Assembly: GCA_963704725.1 (NCBI GenBank)
Contig: OY969934.1
Coordinates: 640,001-704,000, forward strand
Length of the DNA stretch: 64,000 nucleotides
Origin: an uncultured Actinomycetes bacterium
GTDB taxonomy: Bacteria; Actinomycetota; UBA4738; HRBIN12
Direction: 5' to 3'
Within the stretch, counting starts at the first letter, position 1; the number at the start of each line of letters is the position of its first letter. Made by a program: the position numbers and the translations under genes. This document shows, piece after piece, positions 1 through 9,817 of this stretch. The notes below the pieces were generated by a model. The model saw only the letters and a program-made list of their open reading frames with translations, ran no database searches and was not told where the DNA came from.

Positions 1-1
1 G

Positions 2-586
2 CTGGTCGGCATCCTCCTCGTGCTGTTCGGGATCGGATGGCTGCTCGACGTGCTCGACGTGGCCGACTTCGCGTGGGGGGTGCTGCTCTCGTCGGCGCTG
101 ATCCTGATCGGCCTGGCGTTGGTGCTCACGTCGCGGTCGCGCGAGTCTCATGGCGGCCTCATCTCCGCCGGCGTCGTGCTGTCCGTCCTGCTCGTCTTCG
201 GCTCGGCGCTGGACTTCCCGATCGAGGGCGGCATCGGCGACCGCGAGGTCCATCCCACCACGGCCGGGGCGATCCGCAGCGAGTACGCGCTCGGCATCGG
301 GCAGCTCACGGTCGATCTGTCGGACCTGGCCGGCACCGACCTCGTCGCGGCCGAGATCGACCACATGCGGATCAAGGTCGGCGTCGGCGAGCTGATCGTG
401 ATCGCGCCGCCGGGCGTCGACCTGCGGGTTCAGGCGCGGGCGGGGATCGGGAACGTGCGAGTGTTCGGCCGGGAGGAGGTCGGTCTGGATGTGGAGCTGA
501 CGATCGGGCCGGATCCGTCGACCCTGCCCGGGCTGGATCTCGTGCTCTCCGTCGGCCTCGGACAGGTGGAGGTGCGCCGTGGCTGA
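2..586 (+). CDS. LiaF/DUF2154-like membrane protein (5' partial)
   Basis: N-terminal TM helices followed by repeated 'GIGQLTVDL / GVGELIV / GIGNVRV / GLGQVEV' beta-repeats; frame is open from the window start. Confidence 0.6.
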   Translation: MVGILLVLFGIGWLLDVLDVADFAWGVLLSSALILIGLALVLTSRSRESHGGLISAGVVLSVLLVFGSALDFPIEGGIGDREVHPTTAGAIRSEYALGIGQLTVDLSDLAGTDLVAAEIDHMRIKVGVGELIVIAPPGVDLRVQARAGIGNVRVFGREEVGLDVELTIGPDPSTLPGLDLVLSVGLGQVEVRRG

Positions 587-764
587 GCGCGAGCCGAGCC
601 GGACCGCGGTCGTCGCCGGGATCTGCTTCGTCGTGGCAGGGGTGGCGTTCCTCCTGGAGCAGCTCGACGTGTGGGACCTCGAGCTGAAGACCCTGGCACC
701 GGCGCTCCTGATCGGGATCGGCCTCGCGATCCTGCTGGGCGGCCGGCGCCCCCGCCGGCGATGA
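579..764 (+). CDS. small two-TM membrane protein (LiaI/PspC-associated type)
   Basis: 61 aa, two hydrophobic helices, overlaps upstream gene. Confidence 0.55.
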   Translation: MAEREPSRTAVVAGICFVVAGVAFLLEQLDVWDLELKTLAPALLIGIGLAILLGGRRPRRR

Positions 765-807
765 CCGGCGCTCCGGCGCTCTCGAGAAGCACCCGTTAGG
801 AGGGGTC

Positions 808-1491
808 GTGGAGGTCCTGTTCATCGTCCTGGCGATCGTGGTGGCCGGCGCGGCCGCGGTCTGGTCGTACCGGCTCAAGCAGAAGCGACGCGAGGCGCTC
901 GCCACCATGGCGCGGCAGCTCGGCCTGGAGTACTCGCGCGACGACGTCCGCGGCTGCCTCGAGCTGCCGTTCTCCCTGCTGGGGCGAGGGGACGGACGCG
1001 GCACCGAGAACGTGCTCTGGGGGGTGTGGCAGGACGTCCCGGTCCTCGAGTTCGACTACTGGTACTACGAGGAGTCCCGGGACGCGAAAGGCAACACCTC
1101 GCGCACGACGTACCGGTTCTCGTGCGCGGTCACCGAGGTCGAGGCCGGGCTGTCGCCGCTGACGCTGGGCAGGGAGAACGTCCTGACGCGCCTGGCGGAC
1201 TCGATCGGGCTCCACGACGTCGAGTTCGAGCTGGAGGACTTCAACCGGGCGTTCACGGTGAAGTGCAAGGACCGCCGGTTCGCCAACGACTTCGTCGACC
1301 CCCGGATGATGCGGTGGCTCCTCGCCACCGATCCCGGCTTCTCGTTCGAGGTCTGCGCCACGCGGATGCTCGTCTACTCCAAGCGCCGCAGGCCCACCGA
1401 CCTCGTCCCCCTGATCGGCACGCTCAAGCAGTTCCGGGACCAGATCCCGCGCGTGGTCTACGACCTGTACGGTCTCCCGGCCAGCGGCTAG
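808..1491 (+). CDS. membrane-anchored hypothetical protein (DUF3137-like), LemA partner
   Basis: SD AGGAGG, N-terminal TM, 'EFELEDFNRAFTV' motif, upstream of lemA. Confidence 0.6.
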   Translation: MEVLFIVLAIVVAGAAAVWSYRLKQKRREALATMARQLGLEYSRDDVRGCLELPFSLLGRGDGRGTENVLWGVWQDVPVLEFDYWYYEESRDAKGNTSRTTYRFSCAVTEVEAGLSPLTLGRENVLTRLADSIGLHDVEFELEDFNRAFTVKCKDRRFANDFVDPRMMRWLLATDPGFSFEVCATRMLVYSKRRRPTDLVPLIGTLKQFRDQIPRVVYDLYGLPASG

Positions 1492-1550
1492 GCTGGGGTT
1501 CGCGGTTCTCCCCAAGGACTCCGAGAGGACCCCGAGAGGAAGGATCGATC

Positions 1551-2207
1551 GTGATCGCGCTGTGGATCGTGCTTGGCGTTCTGGTGCTCGCCGCCATCGC
1601 CGGCGTCATCTCCTACAACCGCTTCGTGTCGCAGCGGCAGCTCATCAAGGACTCGTGGGCGAACATCGACACCGAGCTGCGCCGCCGGTACGACCTGATC
1701 CCCAACCTGGTCGAGACCGTGAAGGGGTACGCCTCGCACGAGCGCGAGGTCTTCGAGGAGGTCGCGCGGACGCGTTCGATGGCCGCCGGGGCGACGGGCT
1801 CGCCCGCCTCGCAGGCGGCCGCCGAGGGCCCGTTCGTCGCCGCGCTCGGCAAGCTCTTCGCCGTCGCCGAGAACTACCCGGACCTGAAGGCCAACCAGAA
1901 CTTCCTCGCCCTGCAGGCCGAGCTCTCCAACACGGAGGACCGGCTGCAGACGGCCCGTCGCTTCTACAACGCGAACGTGCGGCAGTACAACCAGCGCGTG
2001 GGGCAGTTCCCGTCGACGATGATCGCTCGGGCGTTCCACTTCGAGGTCGAGGAGTACTTCGAGATCGAGGAGGCGCTCCGGGAGGCCGGCGCCCCGCGCG
2101 TGGACTTCTCGGGTGCGGGGCCGGCGGTCAGCTTCGGGCAGTCGTCGGGCACGGACCCCCAGGCGGCGCCGCCCGCGCCACCGCCCGGGGGGGCGCCGCC
2201 CTCGTAG
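1551..2207 (+). CDS. lemA: LemA family protein
   Basis: 'YNRFV...WANIDTELRRRYDLIPNLVETVKGYA', 'AENYPDLKANQNF'; start trimmed to GTG 1551. Confidence 0.9.
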   Translation: MIALWIVLGVLVLAAIAGVISYNRFVSQRQLIKDSWANIDTELRRRYDLIPNLVETVKGYASHEREVFEEVARTRSMAAGATGSPASQAAAEGPFVAALGKLFAVAENYPDLKANQNFLALQAELSNTEDRLQTARRFYNANVRQYNQRVGQFPSTMIARAFHFEVEEYFEIEEALREAGAPRVDFSGAGPAVSFGQSSGTDPQAAPPAPPPGGAPPS

Positions 2208-2217
2208 CGACGTCGCG

Positions 2218-3531
2218 CTAGATCCGGTTCGGATCGGCCGCCAGGAGCTCGAGCTCGGGCGCGGGTCCGCAACCCTCGAGCATCGTGGCGCGCCGGACGT
2301 CGCCCGTGAGCCAGGTCCACACGCCGGCCCAGACGACGGCGACGGCCCCGAGGGCGATCGCGGTCGGTCTGGGGCCGAACACGTTCGCCGTCCATCCGGT
2401 CACGAGCGCCGAGGTCGTCAGCGTGACCGTGATGAGCGCGGCGTCGAAGGCGAAGATCCGCCCCCGGATCCGGTCGGGCACGACCCGCTGCAGCCCGTAG
2501 GACGACAACGTCCACTGCGCGCCGCCTCCCAGATGCGCGAACGCGATGGCCGGCGCCGCCAGGGCCATCGAGGGCATGAGCCCGAGCACGGCGTAGCCCA
2601 CCCCGAAGACGCCCAGCGCCGTGCCGATCGCGCCGAACAGCCGCCGGTCGTCGCGCCCGGTCAGCCACCGTCCCAGGAACGGGCCGACCAACGCGCCCAC
2701 GCCTCGCGCGGACATGAGGACCCCGATGCCGACGTCGCCGGCGCCGAACTCCTGCCTCGCGAAGACCGAGATCAGCAGGATGACTCCGGCGGCGAGCCCG
2801 AACCCGGCCTTCACGCCGAGCAGCGCGAGCACGCGATGGTCCCGGCGGGCGTATCGGAGGGTCTCGACGGTGGCGCGGGCCACGTTGGCCTCGGGCTCCT
2901 GCGCGCGGTCCTCCGAGAACGGCCTGCGGATCCCGGCGATGAGCGCTCCCGAGACGGCGAACGAGGTCGCGTCGATCAGGAAGGCGGCGTCCCGGCCGAG
3001 GATGCCGGCGACGATCCCGCCCAGGGCCGCCCCCACCGCGAGCATCGTTCCCCACAGCGAGCCGAACAGCGCGTTGGCCGGCCCCAGGTCCCGGGACTCG
3101 ACGAGATTGGGGAACGCGGCGCTGGAGGCCGGGTCGAACGCCGCGGAGAACGAGGAGATCGCCGCGAGGAGCACGTACGCCACCCAGAACGTTCCCTGGT
3201 CGTGCACGAGCAGGAACCCGAGGCAGAGCACGGCTCGGGCGCCGTCGCAGGACACCATAAGCCACCGGCGGTTCAGCCGGTCCGAGAGCACGCCCCCGAT
3301 CGGCGACATCAGGAAGAACGGCAGCTCCTGGGCGGCCAGCAGCACGGCCACCGACACGGCCGACCCCGTCAGCTCCAGCGCCAGCCCGAACAGGGCCACG
3401 ACCAGGAACCAGTCGCCGCCCAGCGAGATCAGCGACGCCACGTAGAGCCGTCGGAAGTCGCGGTTGCGTCGCAGCAGCGAGATCGCGGCCCGCAGGCCCC
3501 CCATCTCCTCGACCGGCTCGCGCGCCGCCAC
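2218..3531 (-). CDS. MFS transporter
   Basis: About 12 TM segments, motif A 'GVLSDRLNRR', 'RGRIFA'. Confidence 0.85.
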   Translation of the reverse strand: MAAREPVEEMGGLRAAISLLRRNRDFRRLYVASLISLGGDWFLVVALFGLALELTGSAVSVAVLLAAQELPFFLMSPIGGVLSDRLNRRWLMVSCDGARAVLCLGFLLVHDQGTFWVAYVLLAAISSFSAAFDPASSAAFPNLVESRDLGPANALFGSLWGTMLAVGAALGGIVAGILGRDAAFLIDATSFAVSGALIAGIRRPFSEDRAQEPEANVARATVETLRYARRDHRVLALLGVKAGFGLAAGVILLISVFARQEFGAGDVGIGVLMSARGVGALVGPFLGRWLTGRDDRRLFGAIGTALGVFGVGYAVLGLMPSMALAAPAIAFAHLGGGAQWTLSSYGLQRVVPDRIRGRIFAFDAALITVTLTTSALVTGWTANVFGPRPTAIALGAVAVVWAGVWTWLTGDVRRATMLEGCGPAPELELLAADPNRI

Positions 3532-3598
3532 GACGATTTGTCACACTACAGGGGCTGCCCCGAACGACCCGGCGATCTCAACGGAGGAGGGAGCGACC

Positions 3599-4246
3599 GT
3601 GCTGGAGCGCTTCACATGGTTCCGTCAGTCGGCGATGCGGTACGCGGGAGATGGGCTCACCCTCTACATCGACCCCTGGGGGACCACGCCGCAGGATGAG
3701 AAGGCGGACCTCATCCTCATCACCCACGCCCACGGCGATCACCTCCAGCCGGAGGAGATCGAACGCCTCTCGACCTCCGGGACCAAGCTCGTCGCGCCCG
3801 CCGACGTGGCGCGGGAGCTCTCGGGCGACGTGACCGCGGTGGCGCCCGGCCAGTCGCACGAGATCGCCGGCGTCCGGTTCGAGACCGTGCCCGCGTACAA
3901 CATCGTCGAGCACCGCCTCGACAAGCACCCGAAGGCCAACGACTGGGTGGGCTACGTCCTCGAGCTCGGCGGCCGCCGCTACTACCACTCGGGCGACACG
4001 GACGCTCTGCCCGAGCTCGAGTCGCTCTCGACGGACGTGGCGATGGTCTGCATCGGCGGTGACCCCTTCACGATGGGCCCGCGAGAGGCCGGCGGCCTGG
4101 TGAAGGCGATGGGACCCCGGCTGGCGGTCCCCATGCACTTCGGCTTCGTCGTCGGCGCGCCGTCGTTCGCCGACGAGTTCACCAAAGAGGCCGCGCCCGT
4201 CGACGTGCAGGTCATGACGCCGACGAACCCCTACGAGCAATCCTGA
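3599..4246 (+). CDS. MBL-fold metallo-hydrolase
   Basis: 'THAHGDH', 'YHSGDT', 'VPMH'; SD GGAGGAGG before GTG 3599. Confidence 0.85.
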   Translation: MLERFTWFRQSAMRYAGDGLTLYIDPWGTTPQDEKADLILITHAHGDHLQPEEIERLSTSGTKLVAPADVARELSGDVTAVAPGQSHEIAGVRFETVPAYNIVEHRLDKHPKANDWVGYVLELGGRRYYHSGDTDALPELESLSTDVAMVCIGGDPFTMGPREAGGLVKAMGPRLAVPMHFGFVVGAPSFADEFTKEAAPVDVQVMTPTNPYEQS

Positions 4247-4262
4247 CGAAAGGAGCCCGCGC

Positions 4263-5168
4263 ATGGCGCTCGGCTACGACAAGCCGCTCTACGTCCTGGC
4301 CTTCGACCACCGAGGGTCGTTCCAGAAGAAGTTCTTCGGCGTCGCGGGAGAGCCGAACGCCGAGGAGTCGGTGCGGATCTCGGACGCGAAGACGGTCATC
4401 TACGAGGGCGCCAGGCGGGCGCTCGACGAGGGGGTCCCGCGGGAATCGGCAGGAGTCCTCGTGGACGAGCAGTTCGGCGCCGGCATCGCGCGCGACGCGA
4501 GGGCGAGCGGCCTCACGTTCGCGATGCCGCTGGAGAAGAGCGGGCAGGAGGAGTTCGACTTCCAATACGGGGAGGAGTTCGGGGCGCACATCGAGGACTT
4601 CGACCCGACCTTCGCCAAGGTGCTCGTGCGCTACAACACCGACGGCGACCGCGAGATGAACGAGCGGCAGACCCAGCGCCTGCGCCGGCTCGGCGAGTGG
4701 CTCCACGAGCGGGATCGCCTGTACCTGTTCGAGCTCCTCGTCCCCCCGACTCCCGCGCAGCTCGAGGCCGCCGGCGGTGACCAGGACCGGTGGGACACGC
4801 AGGAGCGGCCCAAGGTCATGAAGGCCGTGATCGAGGAGCTCCAGGGCGCCGGCGTCGAGCCGGACATCTGGAAGATCGAGGGGATCGATCGGCGCGAGGA
4901 CTGCGAGATGATCTCCGCCGCCACGCGGGCCGGGGGGCGGGACGGCGTGGCGTGCGTCGTCCTCGGCCGTGGTGCGGACGACGCCGCCGTGGACCACTGG
5001 CTCCGGATGGGGTCGGGCGTCCCCGGCTACATCGGGTTCGCCATCGGGCGCTCGATCTGGTGGGATCCGCTGAAGGCGTTCGTGGACGGGAGCACGGCGC
5101 GCGAGGAGGCGGCCAAGCAGATCGCCGCCAACTACCGGCGATTCATCGATGTCTACAACGGGGGGTAG
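4263..5168 (+). CDS. DUF2090 / IolC C-terminal-type class I aldolase domain protein
   Basis: 'LAFDHR', 'DIWKIEG', 'VLGRG', 'GFAIGRSIW'. Confidence 0.8.
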   Translation: MALGYDKPLYVLAFDHRGSFQKKFFGVAGEPNAEESVRISDAKTVIYEGARRALDEGVPRESAGVLVDEQFGAGIARDARASGLTFAMPLEKSGQEEFDFQYGEEFGAHIEDFDPTFAKVLVRYNTDGDREMNERQTQRLRRLGEWLHERDRLYLFELLVPPTPAQLEAAGGDQDRWDTQERPKVMKAVIEELQGAGVEPDIWKIEGIDRREDCEMISAATRAGGRDGVACVVLGRGADDAAVDHWLRMGSGVPGYIGFAIGRSIWWDPLKAFVDGSTAREEAAKQIAANYRRFIDVYNGG

Positions 5169-5178
5169 AGCGAGTCCG

Positions 5179-5388
5179 ATGGCGATCCTGAAGACGATCG
5201 ATCTGGTGGGCGTCTCGCCGGAGTCCTGGCGGGACGCGGCGCACCAGGCCCTGTCCGAGGCCGCGAAGACGATCCGCGGCATCGAGGGGATGGACATCCT
5301 GGGAACGAGGGCCGTGGTGCAGGAGGGGAGGATCTCCGAGTACCACACGGAGGTCCGCATCATCTTCCGCATCGAACGCACCATGTGA
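5179..5388 (+). CDS. dodecin family protein
   Basis: 'IDLVGVSPESWRDAA...AAKTIRGI'; about 70 aa. Confidence 0.85.
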   Translation: MAILKTIDLVGVSPESWRDAAHQALSEAAKTIRGIEGMDILGTRAVVQEGRISEYHTEVRIIFRIERTM

Positions 5389-5474
5389 GGGCCGCCGCGG
5401 TCGGGCCGGGACGGAGCATCGCCCCGGCCCGTCCGCGCGTTCGGGCACGATGGGCTGGATAGACTCGGCCGGTC

Positions 5475-6755
5475 ATGCCTGCGTCGATCGTGGTCGGGAC
5501 CCAGTGGGGGGACGAGGGCAAGGGCAAGGCCACGGACTACCTGGCCGACCGCATGGACCTCGTGGTCCGCTATCAGGGCGGCAACAACGCCGGCCACACG
5601 ATCCTGGCCGAGGGCCACACGCTGAAGCTCCAGCTCATCCCCTCCGGGGTGCTGTACCCGAACATCACGTCGGTGATCGCCGACGGCGTGGTCGTGGATC
5701 CGCGCGTGCTGCTGCAGGAGATGGACGGGCTCCGGGCGATCGGGGTCGACCCGTCGCGCCTCGTGGTCTCCGGGAACTGCCACATGATCATGCCGTACCA
5801 CCTCGAGATGGAGAAGGTGACCGAGCGCTTCCTGGGCAAGAACGCGCTCGGCACGACGAAACGGGGGATCGGGCCGGCGTACGGCGACAAGGCCGCCCGG
5901 ATCGGGCTGCGGATCCAGGACCTGTTCGACGAGAAGATCATGCGCGAGAAGCTCGACATCGTGCTGAAGGAGAAGAACCTGATCCTGACGCGCGTGTACG
6001 GGCGCCTCCCGCTGACGGCGGAGGGGATCGTCGAGGACTACCTCCGTTACGCCGAGCGCCTCCGGCCCCACGTCGCCGACACCTCGAAGCTGATCCACGA
6101 TGCGCTCCGGGACGGCCGCAACGTCCTGCTCGAAGGGGCGCAGGGCACGATGCTCGACCTCGACAAGGGGACCTATCCCTTCGTCACCTCCTCGAACCCG
6201 GTCGCCGGGTACGCGCTCGCGTCGGCGGGGATCGGCCCTCGCGAGGTCGATCGCGTGATCGGGATCACGAAGGCCTACGTGACGCGGGTCGGCGCCGGGC
6301 CCTTCCCCACGGAGGACCACGGGCCGGGCGGCGAGCGGCTCGGCGAGCGGGGGCACGAGTTCGGCACCGTGACCGGACGCAAGCGGCGATGCGGTTGGTT
6401 CGACGCCGTGATCCTGCGGTACGCGGCCCGCGTGAACGGCCTCACGGAGCTCTTCGTGACCAAGCTCGACGTGCTCTCGGGCTTTCGGACGCTGCGGGTC
6501 TGCACCGCCTACACGGCCGACGGCGAGAGGTTCGAGGACTTCCCGCCGCACCAGTCGCTGTTCCACCGCGCCGAGCCCGTGTACGAGGAGCTCGAGGGAT
6601 GGGACGAGGACCTGACGAGCGCCCGCTCGTTCGGCGACCTGCCCGGCGCCGCCCGCACGTACCTGAACCGGGTCTCGGACCTGGTCGGGGTGCCGATCGG
6701 CGTGGTCTCCGTGGGTCCGGGGCGAGAGCAGAGCCTGGCGCTCGGCGCCGACTGA
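5475..6755 (+). CDS. purA: adenylosuccinate synthetase
   Basis: 'QWGDEGKGK', 'GGNNAGHT', 'GTVTGRKRRCGW'. Confidence 0.97.
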   Translation: MPASIVVGTQWGDEGKGKATDYLADRMDLVVRYQGGNNAGHTILAEGHTLKLQLIPSGVLYPNITSVIADGVVVDPRVLLQEMDGLRAIGVDPSRLVVSGNCHMIMPYHLEMEKVTERFLGKNALGTTKRGIGPAYGDKAARIGLRIQDLFDEKIMREKLDIVLKEKNLILTRVYGRLPLTAEGIVEDYLRYAERLRPHVADTSKLIHDALRDGRNVLLEGAQGTMLDLDKGTYPFVTSSNPVAGYALASAGIGPREVDRVIGITKAYVTRVGAGPFPTEDHGPGGERLGERGHEFGTVTGRKRRCGWFDAVILRYAARVNGLTELFVTKLDVLSGFRTLRVCTAYTADGERFEDFPPHQSLFHRAEPVYEELEGWDEDLTSARSFGDLPGAARTYLNRVSDLVGVPIGVVSVGPGREQSLALGAD

Positions 6756-8035
6756 TGAGGGTCCTCGTCGTCGGTGGAGGCGGGCGGGAGCACGCGCTCG
6801 TGTGGCGCCTGGCGCGGAGCTCCTCGGTCGAGCGCTTGATCGCAGCACCGGGGAACGCGGGCATCGCCCGCGAGGCCTCATGCATCCCCGTCGCGGTCGA
6901 CGACCTCAGCGGGTTGGTCGACCTCGTCGAGCGCGAGCGGATCGACCTGACGGTGATCGGTCCGGAGGTCCCGCTCGTGGCCGGCCTGGCCGACGAGCTC
7001 GCGGCGCGCGGGCGGCTCGTGTTCGGGCCCTCGCGCGCCGCCGCGAGGATCGAGGGGTCCAAAGGGTGGGCGAAGGCCCTGTGCGAGCGCCGCGGGATCC
7101 CCGCCGCGCGCTCGCGGACGGCGGACTCGATGCCGGAGGCGCTCGACGCGCTCGAGGAGTTCGCGCCGCCGTACGTCGTCAAGGCCGACGGCCTCGCCGC
7201 CGGCAAGGGGGTCGTCATCGCCGAGGGCCGACAGGACGCGATCCGGTTCCTGGGGGCGGCGCTCGAGGGCGGGGCGTTCGGCGAGGCGGGCGCCCGCGTG
7301 CTGATCGAGGAGTTCCTCACGGGGCGCGAGGTCTCGGCGTTCGCGCTGTGCGACGGGAACGACGTGCTGCCCCTCGCGCTCGCGCAGGACTTCAAGCGCG
7401 TGGGCGACGGCGACGCGGGGCCCAACACGGGCGGGATGGGCGCCTACTCGCCGCTGCCGTTCGTCGACGAACCCACCGCCGAGGCGATCTGGGCGGACGT
7501 GGTCCGACCCACCGTGGACGCCATGGCGTCGGAGGGCGTTCCCTATCGCGGGGTCCTCTACGCAGGACTGATGGTCACCGCGGACGGCCCCAAGGTCCTC
7601 GAGTTCAACGCCCGCTTCGGCGACCCCGAGACGCAGGTCCTGCTTCCCCGCCTCGACGCCGACCTCGCCGAGCTCTGCCTGGCGTCCGCCGAGGGCACCC
7701 TGTCGGGCCGCCGCGCGGAGCTGTCCCGTCGGGCGTGCGTGACCGTCGTCCTCGCCTCGGGCGGCTATCCGGGCGCGTACGAGACCGGTTTGGAGGTCTT
7801 GGGGATCGAGGACGCGGAGGCGGTGGAGGGTGCGGTCGTCTTCCACTCCGGCACCGCCGAGCGTCGGGGTAGAGTGGTCACGTCGGGGGGACGGGTCCTG
7901 TCGGTCACCGCGATCGGCGACGATCTGGGACGGGCACGGACCCGGGCCTACGAGGCCTGTGCGCGGATCTCGTTCGAGGGGATGCACTACCGCAAGGACA
8001 TCGCCGCGCGGGCGGCGGGGGAGGAGGGGACGTGA
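6755..8035 (+). CDS. purD: phosphoribosylamine-glycine ligase
   Basis: 'GGGGREHAL', 'KADGLAAGKGV', 'GPNTGGMG', 'EFNARFGDPETQ'; TGATG coupling to purA. Confidence 0.95.
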   Translation: MRVLVVGGGGREHALVWRLARSSSVERLIAAPGNAGIAREASCIPVAVDDLSGLVDLVERERIDLTVIGPEVPLVAGLADELAARGRLVFGPSRAAARIEGSKGWAKALCERRGIPAARSRTADSMPEALDALEEFAPPYVVKADGLAAGKGVVIAEGRQDAIRFLGAALEGGAFGEAGARVLIEEFLTGREVSAFALCDGNDVLPLALAQDFKRVGDGDAGPNTGGMGAYSPLPFVDEPTAEAIWADVVRPTVDAMASEGVPYRGVLYAGLMVTADGPKVLEFNARFGDPETQVLLPRLDADLAELCLASAEGTLSGRRAELSRRACVTVVLASGGYPGAYETGLEVLGIEDAEAVEGAVVFHSGTAERRGRVVTSGGRVLSVTAIGDDLGRARTRAYEACARISFEGMHYRKDIAARAAGEEGT

Positions 8036-8505
8036 GCGAGGCGGCTCCCCTGGTCGGCGTGGTGATCGGATCGCCCGCCGAGCTCGCCGTGATGCAGCAG
8101 GCCACCGCCATCCTGGAGAAGCTCGGGATCCCGCACGAGATCCGAATGATGTCCTCAGCTCGGAACCCCGACCTGGTGGACGAGTACGCGCGGACGGCGT
8201 TCGATCGGGGGCTGCGCGTCCTGGTCTGCTCGACCGGCATCTCGGGACACGCCGCCTCGGCCGCCGCTGCCCGAACCGTCCTGCCCGTGGTGGGGGTGCC
8301 GATCGCCAGCGAGCAGATGAGCGGCGAGCAGTCCCTCTACGTCACGGCCCAGATGCCCGCCGGCGTACCGGTGGCCACCGTCGGCATCGACGCCGCCATG
8401 AACGCCGCCGTGCTCGCCGCCCAGATCGTCGGCGTCGCCGACCCCGACGTGCAGAAGCGGCTGTGGCGGTTCAAGGACGACCTGGCGGAGGGCCTCCGCC
8501 TGTGA
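8032..8505 (+). CDS. purE: PurE-family protein, divergent (catalytic His absent)
   Basis: PurE fold signatures 'LPVVGVP', 'QMPAGVPVATV', 'NAAVLAAQI'; SAHR motif reads SSAR. Confidence 0.75.
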   Translation: MSEAAPLVGVVIGSPAELAVMQQATAILEKLGIPHEIRMMSSARNPDLVDEYARTAFDRGLRVLVCSTGISGHAASAAAARTVLPVVGVPIASEQMSGEQSLYVTAQMPAGVPVATVGIDAAMNAAVLAAQIVGVADPDVQKRLWRFKDDLAEGLRL

Positions 8506-8509
8506 CGGC

Positions 8510-9817
8510 ATGATCCGGCGCTACACCCGCCCCGAGATGGCCGCGGTGTGGTCGGACCGGGCGCGGCTCGGCCACTGGCTGGAGATCGAGATCCTCGCCG
8601 TCGAAGCGTGGGCCCGGCTCGGCGTCGTCCCGGCCGAGGACGCGCGCGCCGTGCGCCACAAGGCCGCGTTCGACGTCGAGACCGTCCTGGAGCGCGAGCG
8701 CGTCACCCGTCACGACGTGGCCGCGTTCGTGGAGGTGGTCGGGGAGTCGGTGGGTCCGGCGGGACGATGGGTGCACTTCGGTCTGACGTCCTCGGACGTC
8801 CTCGACACGGGCCTCGCGCTGCAGCTCCGCGAGGCTCTCGACCTGATCCTCGCGGCGCTCGAGCGGCTCCTCGGCGTGACCAAGCGGCTCGCGCTGGCGC
8901 ACCGGGGCACCGTCATGGCCGGTCGAACGCACGGCGTGGTGGCGGAGCCCACGAGCTTCGGCCACAAGGTGGCGCTGTGGGCGTTCGAGCTCGATCGCGA
9001 CCGGGAGCGGCTCCGCCGCGGGCGCGAGGCCGTGAGCGTCGGCGCGATCAGCGGGGCGGTCGGCACGTACGCACAGGTCGATCCGCGCGTCGAGGAGGAG
9101 GTCTGCGCGCGACTCGGCCTCCGGCCCGCCGAGGCCTCCAACCAGATCGTCGCCCGCGACCGGCACGCCGAGCTGATGAGCGCGCTCGCCATCACCGCCT
9201 CGACGCTCGACGCGATCGCCACCGAGATCCGGCATCTCGCCAGGACGGAGGTGCGCGAGGTCCAGGAACCGTTCGCGGAGGGCCAGAAGGGCTCGAGCGC
9301 GATGCCCCACAAGAGGAACCCCGTCCGCTGCGAGCGCGTGACCGGGCTGGCCCGCGTGGTCCGCGGGAACCTGCAGGCGGCGCTCGAGAACACCGTGCTG
9401 TGGCACGAGCGCGACATCTCGCACTCGTCGGCCGAGCGCGTGATCCTGCCGGACAGCACGGCGGCCCTCGACTTCATGCTCGCCGAGCTCGAGGACGTCC
9501 TGGCGGGTCTCGTGGTCTTCCCCGACCGGATGCGCGTCAACCTCGACGTGGGGGGCGGGCTGGCGTTCTCCCAGAACGTGCTGCTCGCGCTTGTCGACGC
9601 GGGGATGTCGCGGGACGAGGCGTACGCGATCGTGCAGGCGGCGGCGGCTCGGGCGTGGGACGAGGGAGCGTCGTTCCGCGACGAGGTGGCCGCGAACGCG
9701 GAGGTTCGCGGACGGGTCGGCGACGGTCTGGGTGCGCTGTTCGAGCCGGGCCGGGCGCTCCGGAACCTCGACGTCGTGTTCGATCGATTGGAGAAGGTCC
9801 AGGTGGGGGCGGAGTGA
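8510..9817 (+). CDS. purB: adenylosuccinate lyase
   Basis: 'GSSAMPHKRNP', 'GRTHG', 'WHERDISHSS'. Confidence 0.96.
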   Translation: MIRRYTRPEMAAVWSDRARLGHWLEIEILAVEAWARLGVVPAEDARAVRHKAAFDVETVLERERVTRHDVAAFVEVVGESVGPAGRWVHFGLTSSDVLDTGLALQLREALDLILAALERLLGVTKRLALAHRGTVMAGRTHGVVAEPTSFGHKVALWAFELDRDRERLRRGREAVSVGAISGAVGTYAQVDPRVEEEVCARLGLRPAEASNQIVARDRHAELMSALAITASTLDAIATEIRHLARTEVREVQEPFAEGQKGSSAMPHKRNPVRCERVTGLARVVRGNLQAALENTVLWHERDISHSSAERVILPDSTAALDFMLAELEDVLAGLVVFPDRMRVNLDVGGGLAFSQNVLLALVDAGMSRDEAYAIVQAAAARAWDEGASFRDEVAANAEVRGRVGDGLGALFEPGRALRNLDVVFDRLEKVQVGAE

